A program made the position numbers and the translations under genes. Source: Dehalococcoidia bacterium (GTDB lineage Bacteria; Chloroflexota; Dehalococcoidia; UBA2979). Taken from it: a stretch of DNA of 64,000 nucleotides. Below the pieces are notes generated by a model. That model did no database searches, was not told the origin of the DNA, and saw only the letters and a list, made by a program, of their open reading frames with translations. The stretch covers positions 96,001-160,000 of the forward strand of contig OZ219872.1 in the NCBI GenBank assembly GCA_964291495.2, given 5' to 3'. Shown piece by piece: positions 29,301 to 40,910 of this stretch (the first letter of the stretch is position 1; each line of letters begins with the position of its first letter).

Positions 29301-30207
29301 CGAGGCTCCCCGGCCAGCGCTCCTCGGTGAGCGCGTACAGCCGCCGCCAGGCGTCGAGGTCGAGGTGCTGGGCGCGCAGCGCGGGGTCGATCGCGACGTC
29401 GCGCAGCAGCGCCTGCACGTCGTCGCGCGAGAGGCCGAGGGCGGAGCGCAGGCCGTTGTGCAGCTGCTTGCGCGGTTCCGCGAAGCCGGCGCGCAGCAGC
29501 AGGAAGAAGCGCGCGAGCGCGGGCGGCGGCAGGTCCACCGCCGGCCTCGGCAGCCGCTCGATGCGCACGAGGGCGGACTGCACCTGCGGCGCGGGCCAGA
29601 ACGCGCTCGAGGGCACGTCGAACAGCGCCTCGGGCCGCCCGTAGGTCTTGACCGAGAGCGAGAGCAGCGACTCCTTGCCCGGTCCCCCAACGATGCGGCG
29701 CGCGACCTCGCGCTGGACGAGCACGACGATCCGCTCGGGCGGCTCGTCCGCCTCGAGGAAGCGGCGGATCAGCGGTTGCGTGATGTAGTACGGGAGGTTG
29801 CCGGCCATCACGTAGGGCGCGCTCGCCCCGCACTCCTCGAGCAGCTCGCCGGGCGTGACGCCAAGGGCGTCCGCGGCCACGACGCAGGCGCGCCCGCGGC
29901 CTTCGAGCTGTCGCCGCGCCAGCGACGCCAGCTCCTCGTCGATCTCGACGGCGATGAGCGTGCCGGCGCGTTCGGCCAGCTCGATGCTCAGGCCGCCCGG
30001 CCCGGCGCCGATCTCGATCACCGTGTCGTCAGGGCCGAGCTGGCAGGCGTCGGCGATGCGCGAGAGCAGCAGCTCGTCGACGAGGAAGTGTTGGCCGAGC
30101 GCCTTGCGCGGGCTGAGGCCGAGCCGCCGCAAGAACTCGGGCGGCGCCTCGGCGTCCTCGGCGGCCCTCGGGCGTCGCGAGCGGCGGGCGCCGCGTGCGG
30201 CGCTCAC
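29290..30207 (-). CDS. rsmA: 16S rRNA adenine dimethyltransferase RsmA/KsgA
   Basis: KALGQHFL, EIGAGPG, GNLPYYIT, VQREVARR. Confidence 0.96.
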   Translation of the reverse strand: MSAARGARRSRRPRAAEDAEAPPEFLRRLGLSPRKALGQHFLVDELLLSRIADACQLGPDDTVIEIGAGPGGLSIELAERAGTLIAVEIDEELASLARRQLEGRGRACVVAADALGVTPGELLEECGASAPYVMAGNLPYYITQPLIRRFLEADEPPERIVVLVQREVARRIVGGPGKESLLSLSVKTYGRPEALFDVPSSAFWPAPQVQSALVRIERLPRPAVDLPPPALARFFLLLRAGFAEPRKQLHNGLRSALGLSRDDVQALLRDVAIDPALRAQHLDLDAWRRLYALTEERWPGSLDVG

Positions 30208-30248
30208 GGTGCGGCCCGCGGGGGCGCCGAGGTGTCGGGGTGCGTGAG

Positions 30249-30515
30249 TGGTCGTGCCCCGCCGTTGATCCGCACTCCGAGCTTGCCTCCACCAGCCAAC
30301 TCAAGCCCGGCGCCCCTACGGCGCCCGATGTGACCGGCGTACCGCTGCTGCCTTCCGGCCCTGACGGGGTTGACCGGGCATCGTCGCGCAGGACCAGGCT
30401 CTCAACGCCGCTTGATCTCGGCAGTCCCCGGGGGACGAACCGCGGGCGGGCATTCAGCCCCGCTGAGCGGATTGCGGGTTACAGGGCACCGCTAGCTCCC
30501 CGCCTAGCACGACCG
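30249..30515 (-). ncRNA. ffs: Large (Alu-domain) bacterial SRP RNA
   Basis: Minus strand starts GGTCGTGCTAGGCGGGGAGCTAGCGGTGCCCTGTAACCCGCAATCCGCT, contains the helix-8 motif GTCAGGGCCGGAAGGCAGCAGC, and ends GGGGCACGACC pairing with the 5' end. Confidence 0.92.
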
Positions 30516-30520
30516 CCCCG

Positions 30521-30550
30521 ATCGTAGGCGCGCCCGCCTCGGGCCGTCAA
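30521..30550 (-). promoter_or_regulatory. Sigma70-type promoter of SRP RNA
   Basis: TTGACG-N18-TACGAT about 6-7 nt upstream of the RNA 5' end. Confidence 0.75.
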
Positions 30551-30651
30551 AGACGTGCCTCGATGACGCTTTCCGCCTGCGGCGGACTCGCAGTTACAAT
30601 CAATCGCGAGCGTCGAGGACGACATGACGCTTCCGACGAAGGAGCCGACTC

Positions 30652-32010
30652 GTGCGCCTGCTCTCCATCGGACGCCCCCTGCCCGACATGGCGATCGATA
30701 ACCACACGATCTTCAACGCGCCCGCCTTCTTCGACTACGACGCGATCGCGATCGACGCCGAGGGCGTGTTCAATACCATCCGCGAGCTGCTCGACGCCTC
30801 GCAGGAGCACGTCACGCACGGCGACGCGAAGGTGGTCAACGCCCTCACCGGGCCGGGCGTGCCGGCGGGCGAGATCCTGCAGCGGCGCCGCGACGAGCTG
30901 GTGCGCGCCCTCGAGCGCGGCGCGCTCGTCGCCGTCTTCACGCACCCGCTGGCGATGATCACCGAGGTCGCCGGCTTCCCCGGCCTCGATCGCTACTTCT
31001 TCCTGCCCGCCCCGGCGGGGCTCGCCTGGGATGCCGGGCTGATCCGCTGGGGCGAGGGCGTGCAGGCCGCCGTCGCCGATCACCGGCACCCCTTCGCACG
31101 TTATGTCGACGCGATCGGCAACGACATGCTCTATCGCGCGCACTTCAACGACGCCGCGCCCGGCTTCGCGAAGGCCGCGCGCGTCTTCGCACGCTCAGGC
31201 GGCGGCGCGCCGGTCGGCGTCGAGTTCCGCGTGCTCGGCGGGACCGTCGTCTTCCTGCCCGCCCCGCGAAGCCGAGGCGGCGACGCCGGGCGCAAGCAGG
31301 CGGCCTCGATCCTCGCCGCGACGCGGGAGCTGCTCGACCTGCCGGTCGGCGACCCGCCGTCGTGGGTCCGCCAGCAGCCCTTGCCCGGCCTCGAGGCGCT
31401 CGAGGAGGCGAGCGCCGAGGCTGAGAGCGCCGTGCAGCGCGCCGAGGCGCAGCGCGAGGCCGCCGAGGGCGAGCTGACGCAGCTGACGCGCGTGCGCGAC
31501 GTGCTCTGGACCGAGGGCAACCACGCCCTGCTCCCGGCCGTCGTGCGCTGCTTCGAGCTGCTCGGCTTCCGCACCTACGATCGCGACGACCAGATCACGC
31601 TGAGCGACGACGCTGGCCGGCACGAGCTCGAAGTCGAGGGTTCGGTCGAGCCGATCGGGATGGCCCCGCACTACCGGCTGCGCGCCCGCCTCGATCAGCG
31701 CATCGAGCAGGAGGGCCGCCCGGCGCGCGGCCTCGTCGTTGCGAACGGCGAGCGCATGCAGGCGCCGGAGCGGCGCAAGGCGCCGATCGCCGACGCCCTG
31801 CGCGTCGCCGCGGAGGCGACGTCCTACGCCGTGCTCCCCACATCCGAGCTGTTCGCCGCCGCCGCCGCTGCCCTCGAGGGCCTCGACGACGAAGTGCTCG
31901 CGGCGATCCGCGCCCGCCTCGTCGAGCAGGACGGCGTCGTCAGCCTCGGTGACCTGCTTGGTACGGCCGATCCGGAGGACGCCGCGGCGCTGCCGATGAG
32001 CCGGCCGTAG
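30652..32010 (+). CDS. Hypothetical protein (coiled coil; possible degenerate PD-(D/E)xK-like C-terminal domain)
   Basis: AGGAG RBS, GC3-biased 452-aa ORF; ELEVEG..RGLVVANG segment. Confidence 0.7.
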   Translation: MRLLSIGRPLPDMAIDNHTIFNAPAFFDYDAIAIDAEGVFNTIRELLDASQEHVTHGDAKVVNALTGPGVPAGEILQRRRDELVRALERGALVAVFTHPLAMITEVAGFPGLDRYFFLPAPAGLAWDAGLIRWGEGVQAAVADHRHPFARYVDAIGNDMLYRAHFNDAAPGFAKAARVFARSGGGAPVGVEFRVLGGTVVFLPAPRSRGGDAGRKQAASILAATRELLDLPVGDPPSWVRQQPLPGLEALEEASAEAESAVQRAEAQREAAEGELTQLTRVRDVLWTEGNHALLPAVVRCFELLGFRTYDRDDQITLSDDAGRHELEVEGSVEPIGMAPHYRLRARLDQRIEQEGRPARGLVVANGERMQAPERRKAPIADALRVAAEATSYAVLPTSELFAAAAAALEGLDDEVLAAIRARLVEQDGVVSLGDLLGTADPEDAAALPMSRP

Positions 32011-32066
32011 GCCCTTCCCCCCACGCCCCCGCTGCTGCTCTCCCCGGAAGGTCATCGCCGATCCGG

Positions 32067-32102
32067 CCCCCTCTCCTGGGGGAGAGGGTGGGGGTGAGGG
32101 GG
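32067..32102. repeat. REP-like palindromic element between convergent genes
   Basis: CCCTCTCC-TGGG-GGAGAGGG-TGGGGGTGAGGGG. Confidence 0.55.
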
Positions 32103-32257
32103 CTCGCCAGCGCTACTCCCGGCTCGATGGGTTGTTGCGCCCTCGAGGGTACGTGCCCAGCGGCCGTCGGAATGAGCGGGCGCTGCGCGCCGCTCTGGCC
32201 GACCCACCCGCCCTCGGAGCTCTTTCCGTGCGCGCTGCGGTGACGCGACAACCGGCC

Positions 32258-33451
32258 TCACACCAGCAGGCGGTGCACCTCGGTCGGCGCGTCGTAGTCG
32301 ATGCCCTCGAGGCCGAAGCCGAAGAGCTGCTGGAAGTAGCGCTGCCAACCGGCGTAGTCGCTCAACTCGCCGAGCGTGTCCGTGTCGATGGCGGCCATGC
32401 GCCTCGCGACCTCGGACTGCACGTCGGGCGTCATCTCCAGGTCGTCGAGCCGGATGCGGCCCTCCTCGTCGGTGCCGGGCGTGACGCCGGGACCGAGGTG
32501 GTCGCGCATCATGCGCGCGATCTGCTCGATCGGGCCCTCGTGCGTGCCCTGCTCCTTCATCACGGCGAAGAGCACGCTCATATAGAGCGCGACGCCGGGG
32601 ATCGCCGCCGAGGCCTGCGTGACGATGCCCTTGTTGATGCTGACCCAGACCCCGCCGCCGCCTGGCTCAAGCTGCGCGTGCAGCCCGCGCGCGGTCGCCT
32701 CGAGGTCTTCCTTGGCGCGCCCGATCGTGCCCGCGCGGTAGATCGCGTGGGTCGCCTCGGGGCCGACGTAGCTGTAGGCGACGCTGCGGCAGTTGTCGGC
32801 GAGCAGGCCCTCGGCGCCGAGCCAGCGCAGCCACTCGGCCCAGTCCTCGCCGCCCATCACCTTGACCGTCGCCGCGATCTCCTCCTCGTCCGCCGCCTCG
32901 ATCGTCGCCTCGGTCACGCGGTTGCGGCGCAGGTCGATGCTCTTGCCGGTCCAGTCCCGGCCGATTGGCTTGAGCGTGCTGCGCCAGACCTCGTCCGTGT
33001 CGGCGTCGCGGCGCAGCGGCGCGGCGAGGCTGTAGACCAGCAGCTCGACCTGCCCGCGCATCGCGCGCAGCTCCGCGGCGACCTGCTCCTTGGCCTCGCT
33101 GGAGAAGGCGTCGGCGTTGACGGTGCGCAGCGTGCGCCCCTCGGCGGCGGCGATGCGGTGCGCCTCGGCGAGGTTGTACCAGCCGGCGCTGCCGGGCTTG
33201 TCCTCCTCCGAGGGCCGTTCGAGGCAGACGCCGACGGAGGGTGCGCCGTAGCCGAAGCAGGCGGAGAGCAGGCTGGCGAGTCCGTAGCCGGTGCTGGAGC
33301 CGATGACGAGGGCAGGCCCGAGGCTCGGAGCGCCCTCGGCGGAGGCCTTCGCCACCTCGATCTGTCCGCGCACGTTGGCGGCGCAGCCCTCGGGATGGGC
33401 GGTCAGCGAGATGAAGCCGCGGATGCGCGGCGCGACGACCTGCTCTGACAT
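32258..33451 (-). CDS. fabV: Trans-2-enoyl-CoA/enoyl-ACP reductase FabV
   Basis: APRIRGFISLTAHPEGC, IGSSTGYGLAS, SAGWYN, YSLAAP, VMGGEDW, TQASAAIP. Confidence 0.93.
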   Translation of the reverse strand: MSEQVVAPRIRGFISLTAHPEGCAANVRGQIEVAKASAEGAPSLGPALVIGSSTGYGLASLLSACFGYGAPSVGVCLERPSEEDKPGSAGWYNLAEAHRIAAAEGRTLRTVNADAFSSEAKEQVAAELRAMRGQVELLVYSLAAPLRRDADTDEVWRSTLKPIGRDWTGKSIDLRRNRVTEATIEAADEEEIAATVKVMGGEDWAEWLRWLGAEGLLADNCRSVAYSYVGPEATHAIYRAGTIGRAKEDLEATARGLHAQLEPGGGGVWVSINKGIVTQASAAIPGVALYMSVLFAVMKEQGTHEGPIEQIARMMRDHLGPGVTPGTDEEGRIRLDDLEMTPDVQSEVARRMAAIDTDTLGELSDYAGWQRYFQQLFGFGLEGIDYDAPTEVHRLLV

Positions 33452-33525
33452 GGCGGCGACCTCCCGGCGCGCCCGTATCGTACGTGCGCGCTCCGGGGCG
33501 GGCGAGGCGGGGGGAGGTGCCGGCA

Positions 33526-33816
33526 CTACTCGAACGCCAGCTCCGGCCCGATCCGCGAGCAGTCGCGGCGCGTGTAGTCCTTGGCGTGCGAGTGAGGAAC
33601 CGTACCGTCGAGCGTAACGATCTCGTGGAGCGTGCCGATGTGCCGGTTGTTGGCGGTCATGAGCTTGATGATCCGTGAGGTGCCGCCGGTGTAGTCCGGG
33701 TTTGTCGCCGGGGTCTCGTGTACGATGACAGAGCGCAGAAGACCGCCAGCGCGTTTGGCAGCCATGCCGTTGTCTGCCCACTCGCGCTCGAACTCGTCGT
33801 GCGGGAGCCGGAGCAT
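33526..33816 (-). CDS. Hypothetical protein (96 aa)
   Basis: Protein-like composition, GGAG upstream; divergent from the next ORF. Confidence 0.55.
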   Translation of the reverse strand: MLRLPHDEFEREWADNGMAAKRAGGLLRSVIVHETPATNPDYTGGTSRIIKLMTANNRHIGTLHEIVTLDGTVPHSHAKDYTRRDCSRIGPELAFE

Positions 33817-33841
33817 GGGCGACGCGACTCCGATTCAAGTC

Positions 33842-34093
33842 ATGTCCGAGGACAGCGTGCGCACGGCGCTGCGCGATGCGCTCGGCAGTGCCGCGCCTGT
33901 TCGCGCGGTCTGTGACTTCGTGTCCGAGGTGGACTGGTCAGGGATGGAAGATGCGTCCGCTGCCGTAGTAGGCCTCCTCGGTGAGCTCGAGCAACTGACG
34001 ACGGACGTGAACGAAGGCTCTGTTCCTCCGCGCACCTTCCTCGACCGCGTCGACCGCCTCACGCTCGCGCCCGGCGCGAGGGTCGCACCCTAG
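33842..34093 (+). CDS. Hypothetical acidic helical protein (alternative start 33815)
   Basis: MSEDSVRTALRDAL..FVSEVDWS..LLGELEQL. Confidence 0.5.
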   Translation: MSEDSVRTALRDALGSAAPVRAVCDFVSEVDWSGMEDASAAVVGLLGELEQLTTDVNEGSVPPRTFLDRVDRLTLAPGARVAP

Positions 34094-34129
34094 CACCTCG
34101 TTCCGGGTGACCACTGCCCGCGACGGGCA

Positions 34130-34342
34130 TCAACCGCTCGCAGAGTCGGCTGTGCCGCCGGAGGCCAGCGGGCCACGAGTGCGCACGCTCTGCATCAGGG
34201 ATTCGTTCGACGACTCCGAGGCGATGCGCTCCAGGTGGCCGAGCAGGTACTCCTCAAGAGACTGACCGCGGGCCCGGGCGCGGGACTCCAGTTTCTCATG
34301 TAGTTCGTCGGAGACATCGTCTATGGTGATTGTGACCAGCAT
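34130..34342 (-). CDS. FitA-like ribbon-helix-helix antitoxin (orphan)
   Basis: TITIDDVSDELHEKLESRARARGQSLEEYL. Confidence 0.72.
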   Translation of the reverse strand: MLVTITIDDVSDELHEKLESRARARGQSLEEYLLGHLERIASESSNESLMQSVRTRGPLASGGTADSASG

Positions 34343-34400
34343 GGCAGCATCATGCTAGCGCCGCATCTTGTCCTCAAGGCAGGGTTCGTCAGAGCTGCGC

Positions 34401-36212
<1,812 letters not shown>

Positions 36213-36334
36213 GCGATCATCGTAGCCGCGTGACGCCCGCAGGCGCACGCGACCCCGGATCCACGGCGGGCGCCGGACGTGAACGAGGGCGGGTCTCCCC
36301 GCCCTCGTTGACTGCGATTTCGCGCCTGCTTGGG

Positions 36335-37351
36335 CTAGACGCGGTGGCAGGCCACCCAGTGGTCCCGCTCGATCTCGCGCCACTCGGGAATCCGCTCGCG
36401 GCACTCGTCGACCACGATCGGGCAGCGCGTGTTGAACACGCAACCGGGCGGCGGCCGCACCGGCGATGGCACATCGCCGACGAGGATGATCCGCTCGCGC
36501 GAGCGCTCGATCTCCGGGTCGGTGATCGGCACGGCGGAGAGCAGCGCCTTCGTGTACGGGTGCAGCGGGTTCTCGTAGAGCTCGTTCGAGTCCGCGAGTT
36601 CCATGATGCGCCCGAGGTACATCACCGCGACGCGGTCGGAAATGTGCCGCACCACCGCGAGGTCGTGCGCGATGAACAGGTAGGTGAGGTTGAACTCGTT
36701 CTGCAGGTCTTCAAGCAGATTGATGATCTGCGCCTGAATCGAGACGTCGAGGGCGGAGACCGGCTCGTCGAGGACGATGAACTCCGGCTCGACTGCGAGC
36801 GCGCGGGCGACGCCGATGCGCTGGCGCTGGCCTCCGGAGAACTCGTGCGGGTAGCGCTTCGCGAAGTAGGGGTTGAGGCCCACCTCTTCCAGCAGGTACT
36901 CGACGCGGTCCTGGCGCTCCTTCCCCTTGTAGAGGCCGTGGATGACCATCGGCTCGGAGATGATGCTGGCCACGCTCATGCGCGGGTTCAGCGACGAGTA
37001 GGGATCCTGGAAGATCATCTGCATGCGACGGCGGAAGGCGCGCAGCGAGCGGCCCTTCACGTCGTTGAGGACGGTGCCGTCGAAGGTGATCGTCCCCTCG
37101 GTCGGGCGGTAGAGCTGGAGGATCGCCCGCCCGGTCGTCGACTTCCCGCAGCCGGACTCGCCGACGAGTCCGAGCGTCTCGCCCTCGCGGACGAAGAACG
37201 AGATGCCGTCGACGGCCTTGACGTCGGCGATCTTGCGCTGGAAGAGGATCCCGGAGGTCACCGGGAAGTACATCTTCAGTGCGTCTACCTCGACGAGGGC
37301 CTTGGCGTGGCCGTTCCCCGTTTCCGCCATCGTGGCGGCGTCTGTGGTCAT
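36335..37351 (-). CDS. oppF: Oligo/dipeptide ABC transporter ATP-binding protein (OppF-like)
   Basis: [37 protein letters not shown]. Confidence 0.88.
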   Translation of the reverse strand: MTTDAATMAETGNGHAKALVEVDALKMYFPVTSGILFQRKIADVKAVDGISFFVREGETLGLVGESGCGKSTTGRAILQLYRPTEGTITFDGTVLNDVKGRSLRAFRRRMQMIFQDPYSSLNPRMSVASIISEPMVIHGLYKGKERQDRVEYLLEEVGLNPYFAKRYPHEFSGGQRQRIGVARALAVEPEFIVLDEPVSALDVSIQAQIINLLEDLQNEFNLTYLFIAHDLAVVRHISDRVAVMYLGRIMELADSNELYENPLHPYTKALLSAVPITDPEIERSRERIILVGDVPSPVRPPPGCVFNTRCPIVVDECRERIPEWREIERDHWVACHRV

Positions 37352-37378
37352 GAGCGTCTTCCCGTCCGGCCTGCGGGC

Positions 37379-38392
37379 CTAGCTGATGTCCGCGGTCGCG
37401 GTGCTGCGCGTGCGTTCGTCGGTCTGCGGGTCACGCCAACAAGCCGACCAGTGTCGCTCCTGCTTGAGTTCGAGCGGCGGGTGATCCGTCACGCACTTGT
37501 CGATCGCCCAGTCGCAGCGCGGCTCGAAGGGGCAACCCGGAATCGGGTCGATCAGCAGCGGCGGCTGGCCCTCGATCGCGTCGAGGCGGATGTGCTCGGT
37601 CTCGTCGAGGCGAGGCACCGAGTTCATCAGGCCCACGGTGTAGGGGTGGCGCGGGTCCTTGAAGATATCCATCGTCGAGCCGGACTCGACGATCTTCCCC
37701 GCGTACATCACGTTCACCCGGTCGGCGTAGCGCGAGACGACGCCGAGGTTGTGCGTGATGATCACCACGGCCGTGCCGAGGTCCTTCGAGAGCTGCGCCA
37801 TCAGCTCCAGGATCTGCGCCTGGATGGTGACGTCGAGCGCCGTGGTCGGCTCGTCCGCCAGCAGCAGCTTTGGGTTGCAGGACAGCGCCATCGCGATCAT
37901 CACGCGTTGGCGCATGCCACCCGAGAACTGGTGCGGGTAGTCGTCGAGGCGGTTCGATGCCTCCGGGATGCCGACCAGCTCGAGCAACTCGACGGCGCGG
38001 GCCCGCGAGTCGGACTTCTCCAGTCCGAGGTGCAGCGTGATCGCCTCGGTCAGCTGGTTGCCGATCGTGAGGACCGGATTCAGCGAGGTCATCGGCTCCT
38101 GGAAGATCATGGCGATGCGGTTGCCGCGGATATGGCGCATCTCCGCGTCCGTGACCTCGAGGAGGTCCTCGCCCTCGAACAGGATCTCGCCGTCGACGAT
38201 GCGCCCCGGCGGGCGCGGGATCAGCCTCAGGATGGAGAGCGCGGAGACGGACTTGCCGCAGCCGGACTCACCGACGAGCCCGAGCGTCTCGCCCTCCTCG
38301 AGGTCCCATGAGACCCCGTCGACCGCGCGAACGACGCCTTCTTCGGTATAGAAGTACGTCCGCAGATTGTTGATCTCGAGCAGCTTCGCCAA
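37379..38392 (-). CDS. oppD: Oligo/dipeptide ABC transporter ATP-binding protein (OppD-like)
   Basis: [38 protein letters not shown]. Confidence 0.88.
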   Translation of the reverse strand: MAKLLEINNLRTYFYTEEGVVRAVDGVSWDLEEGETLGLVGESGCGKSVSALSILRLIPRPPGRIVDGEILFEGEDLLEVTDAEMRHIRGNRIAMIFQEPMTSLNPVLTIGNQLTEAITLHLGLEKSDSRARAVELLELVGIPEASNRLDDYPHQFSGGMRQRVMIAMALSCNPKLLLADEPTTALDVTIQAQILELMAQLSKDLGTAVVIITHNLGVVSRYADRVNVMYAGKIVESGSTMDIFKDPRHPYTVGLMNSVPRLDETEHIRLDAIEGQPPLLIDPIPGCPFEPRCDWAIDKCVTDHPPLELKQERHWSACWRDPQTDERTRSTATADIS

Positions 38393-38438
38393 AGTTCCCC
38401 TCCGTTCGGAGAAGTGGAACCCGCCCGGCGGGCTCCGT

Positions 38439-38523
38439 TGGTGGGGAAGAGGAGACTCGAACTCCTACGCCTCGCGGCACATGATCCTAAATCATGCTCG
38501 TCTACCAGTTCCGACACTTCCCC
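38439..38523 (-). tRNA. tRNA-Leu(TAG)
   Basis: GGGGAAG..CATGA-TTTAGGA-TCATG..long variable arm..GTTCGAGTC..CTTCCCCACCA. Confidence 0.95.
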
Positions 38524-38694
38524 GTAGACGCTGTCCCCTGAGCTCGTCTCCCCACCGCCTGACGGCGCGCGATTATAGACCATCCGCGCCGCCGCTGTCG
38601 GCTTACGCGCCGCGGCCCCGAGGACGCGACGCCTCACTATAGCCCTTAAACGCTCCTCTTGGCGTTGCGCATTGTGGCAAAGCCGTGGGAAGTC

Positions 38695-38769
38695 TGGTGA
38701 GCCCCCAGGGATTCGAACCCTGAACCGGCTGATTAAGAGTCAGCTGCTCTGCCATTGAGCTAGAGGCCC
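38695..38769 (-). tRNA. tRNA-Lys(CTT)
   Basis: GGGCCTCTAGCTCAATGG..GCTGA-CTCTTAA-TCAGC..GGTTCGAATCC..GGGGCTCACCA. Confidence 0.95.
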
Positions 38770-38822
38770 ACTCCAGAATACAGGAACTCGCGCCAGCCGC
38801 ATCCGGGTGTGGCGGCGCGGCG

Positions 38823-38852
38823 TTGACGCCTCGCGAGCGCCGGGGCTAGGCT
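38823..38852 (+). promoter_or_regulatory. Sigma70-type promoter of tRNA-Val
   Basis: TTGACG-N18-TAGGCT. Confidence 0.65.
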
Positions 38853-38876
38853 CGATTTCCGGCTTCCGGCCGGCGT

Positions 38877-38953
38877 GGGCGGTTAGCTCAGATGGCTAGA
38901 GCGCAGCGTTGACATCGCTGAGGTCACTGGTTCGAATCCAGTATCGCCCACCA
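38877..38953 (+). tRNA. tRNA-Val(GAC)
   Basis: GGGCGGTTAGCTCAGATGG..CAGCG-TTGACAT-CGCTG..GGTTCGAATCC..ATCGCCCACCA. Confidence 0.96.
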
Positions 38954-38955
38954 GA

Positions 38956-39294
38956 CTTGACGGTAAGATCGTCGCGGGCGAGGAGGACGCAGGCTCGGTC
39001 GAGTCGGTCTTCGAGCAGGCGCGGCAGGTCGCGGCGGAGGCCGAGGCGCTGCTGGTCGACGAGGGCTGGCGCACGCCCGAGCCCGAGCCGGTCGCCGCCG
39101 GGGCGGCAGCGGAGCCGGTGGCGGACCCCGTGGACTCGGAGCCGCAGCGGACGCTGTTCTCGTGGGCGGAGTTCATGGCCGGGGAGCCGGACGATCCGCC
39201 GCGCAAGCGCCGGGACGAGGCTCCGACGCTCTCCCTCTTCGAGTGGGCGCTCGAACGGGAGCAGGAAGGGGTGCTGGCCGAAGCCGCCGGATAG
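38956..39294 (+). pseudogene. Start-less C-terminal gene fragment abutting tRNA-Val
   Basis: 112 open codons LDGKIVAGEEDAGSVESVFEQ..QRTLFSWAEFM..SLFEWALERE*, with no start codon for its first half. Confidence 0.65.
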
Positions 39295-39305
39295 GGATCG
39301 GGAGG

Positions 39306-39335
39306 GAGGGGCCGTCGCCTGTGCGGCGGCCCCCT
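39306..39335 (+). terminator. GC-rich hairpin after gene fragment
   Basis: GAGGGGCCGTCGC-CTGT-GCGGCGGCCCCTC. Confidence 0.5.
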
Positions 39336-39685
39336 CTCGTCCCCCAGTGTGCGGCCTTTCGTGCGTTAGAGGCCGGTCAGCCCCTCGCCCGCTTCCCCGC
39401 CTGCTGCGCGCTCCCCCGCCTCCTGCGCGCTCCCCCGGCGCGCAGGCAGCTCCCGCACTTGACCAGCCCGCTCAGCAGGTAGCAGCGGGGGTGGGTGAGC
39501 GCTCGGCTCCTCGAGTGTCGCCACACGGTTCCGTTACCGAGATCCGTACTACCGTTCCCGATGCGTTATCATCCGGGTGTTCTTCATTACCAGAACGTCA
39601 CTGATGACTTCCTTCGGGTGTGGAATCAACGCCCGCGTGGGAATACCGCCGGGCATGGTCGCGACCGAAGTCGCAGGAGGTGGAC

Positions 39686-40762
39686 GTGAGCAAGACCGAG
39701 AGGCTCGGTTTCCCGACACTGCTGGCGCTATCGGTCATCGCCCTGGCCCTTGTTGCCTGTGGGGGCAGCGAGGAGGCCCCCGTCGACACGGGTACCGAGG
39801 ACACACCCACGCCGACGGTCCCAAGCGCTACATCAAGCGCCGCTTCGCCCACACCGACGGCCTCCGGCACAGCGAGCGCCGCCTCGCCCACGCCGACGGC
39901 CTCCGGCGCATCGAGCGCCGCCTCGCCCACGCCGACGGTCTCCAGCACAGCGAGCGCCGCCTCGCCCACACCGACGCCGCCGGATGCAGGCGCGGTTGCG
40001 GACCTGGAGCTGACGATCGATGGCGATACCTCCTGGCAGGAGGTGTTCGACACACTCACGGCGACCGAGCAGTCGTGCATCCGCGCCGAGCTCGGTGACG
40101 AGACGGAGAGGCTATTGGCGCGATCCATCTTCAGTGGCGGCCCCATTACCGATGAGGAAGCGGCGCTGTTCACGTGCCTCGCGCCCCAAACGGCGCGGGC
40201 TCTCTTTCTCGGCATCACGATCGGGGGCATGGAAGAGGGAGGCGTCGAGGTTGGTGAAGAGGAATGGGCTTGCCTGCAGGGGTGGGTGGGCGGCCTCGAC
40301 GTTGTCGCCCTCTTCGTTTCCGAGTCCATGGACCGTGAGTTCGAGGCCGTCCTCCCCGACTACGTGCACTGCCTGCCGGCATTGTTCCTCGAGTTCGCCA
40401 TCCAGGGGGTCGGCGGTGTGGACTCCGGGGACGTCCGCGAGGACGAACTCGCCTGCCTGCGGGAGTGGGCCCTGGGAGTGGACAGGCGCGCGCTCGTCGC
40501 CGGTCTGCTCGCCGAGGACCCTGACGTGGTGAGCCTGTTCCTTGTCCAGACCTCCAGGGGCCTCCTCGACTGCGCGCCCCGACTCCTGGTCTCGCGCATC
40601 GCCGAGGACCTGGGGGAGGAGGTGGAGTCCGATGCGGTGGTGGTCGACTGCCTCCGTGAGCTGTTGGCCGACCCCGACGTGTTCGAGTGGATCGAGGACG
40701 ACTCCCTGGATGAACGGCTGTCCGCCTGCGTGCTCGGGCCTCCTCCGTCGCCTACCGAGTAG
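39686..40762 (+). CDS. Lipoprotein with S/T/P tandem-repeat stalk and Cys-paired helical repeats
   Basis: AGGAGG RBS, GTG start, lipobox LVAC; eight further Cys in ..CLxxW-like helices. Confidence 0.8.
   Translation: MSKTERLGFPTLLALSVIALALVACGGSEEAPVDTGTEDTPTPTVPSATSSAASPTPTASGTASAASPTPTASGASSAASPTPTVSSTASAASPTPTPPDAGAVADLELTIDGDTSWQEVFDTLTATEQSCIRAELGDETERLLARSIFSGGPITDEEAALFTCLAPQTARALFLGITIGGMEEGGVEVGEEEWACLQGWVGGLDVVALFVSESMDREFEAVLPDYVHCLPALFLEFAIQGVGGVDSGDVREDELACLREWALGVDRRALVAGLLAEDPDVVSLFLVQTSRGLLDCAPRLLVSRIAEDLGEEVESDAVVVDCLRELLADPDVFEWIEDDSLDERLSACVLGPPPSPTE
39806..39976 (+). repeat. ~4 x 39-nt intragenic tandem repeat (SAASPTPTAS..)
   Basis: AGCGCCGCCTCGCCCACGCCGACG recurs with a 39-nt period. 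Confidence 0.9.
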
Positions 40763-40910
40763 TTGCGCGCAACGTGAACCGGTGCTCGGAGGTCCGGATG
40801 GGGGCCGCGACGGCTGGAAGAGGTTTGATGCAGCCGCGCAGCGTTGCCAGTTGAGATTCAGTTGCGTCGCTCCGTCGCTCACGTCAACCCGAACCTCGGG
40901 GACCGCTGCC

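Noticed and set aside
30249-30515. Large SRP RNA as an unusual ncRNA
   Set aside because: Known Alu-containing bacterial SRP RNA class.
38920-38953. Direct repeat of the tRNA-Val 3' end (attR) and an integrase for the island
   Set aside because: Neither found by eye in the window, so the island is not called an active element.
39806-39976. Periodic repeats resembling a CRISPR array
   Set aside because: In-frame coding repeats without unique spacers; no cas genes.
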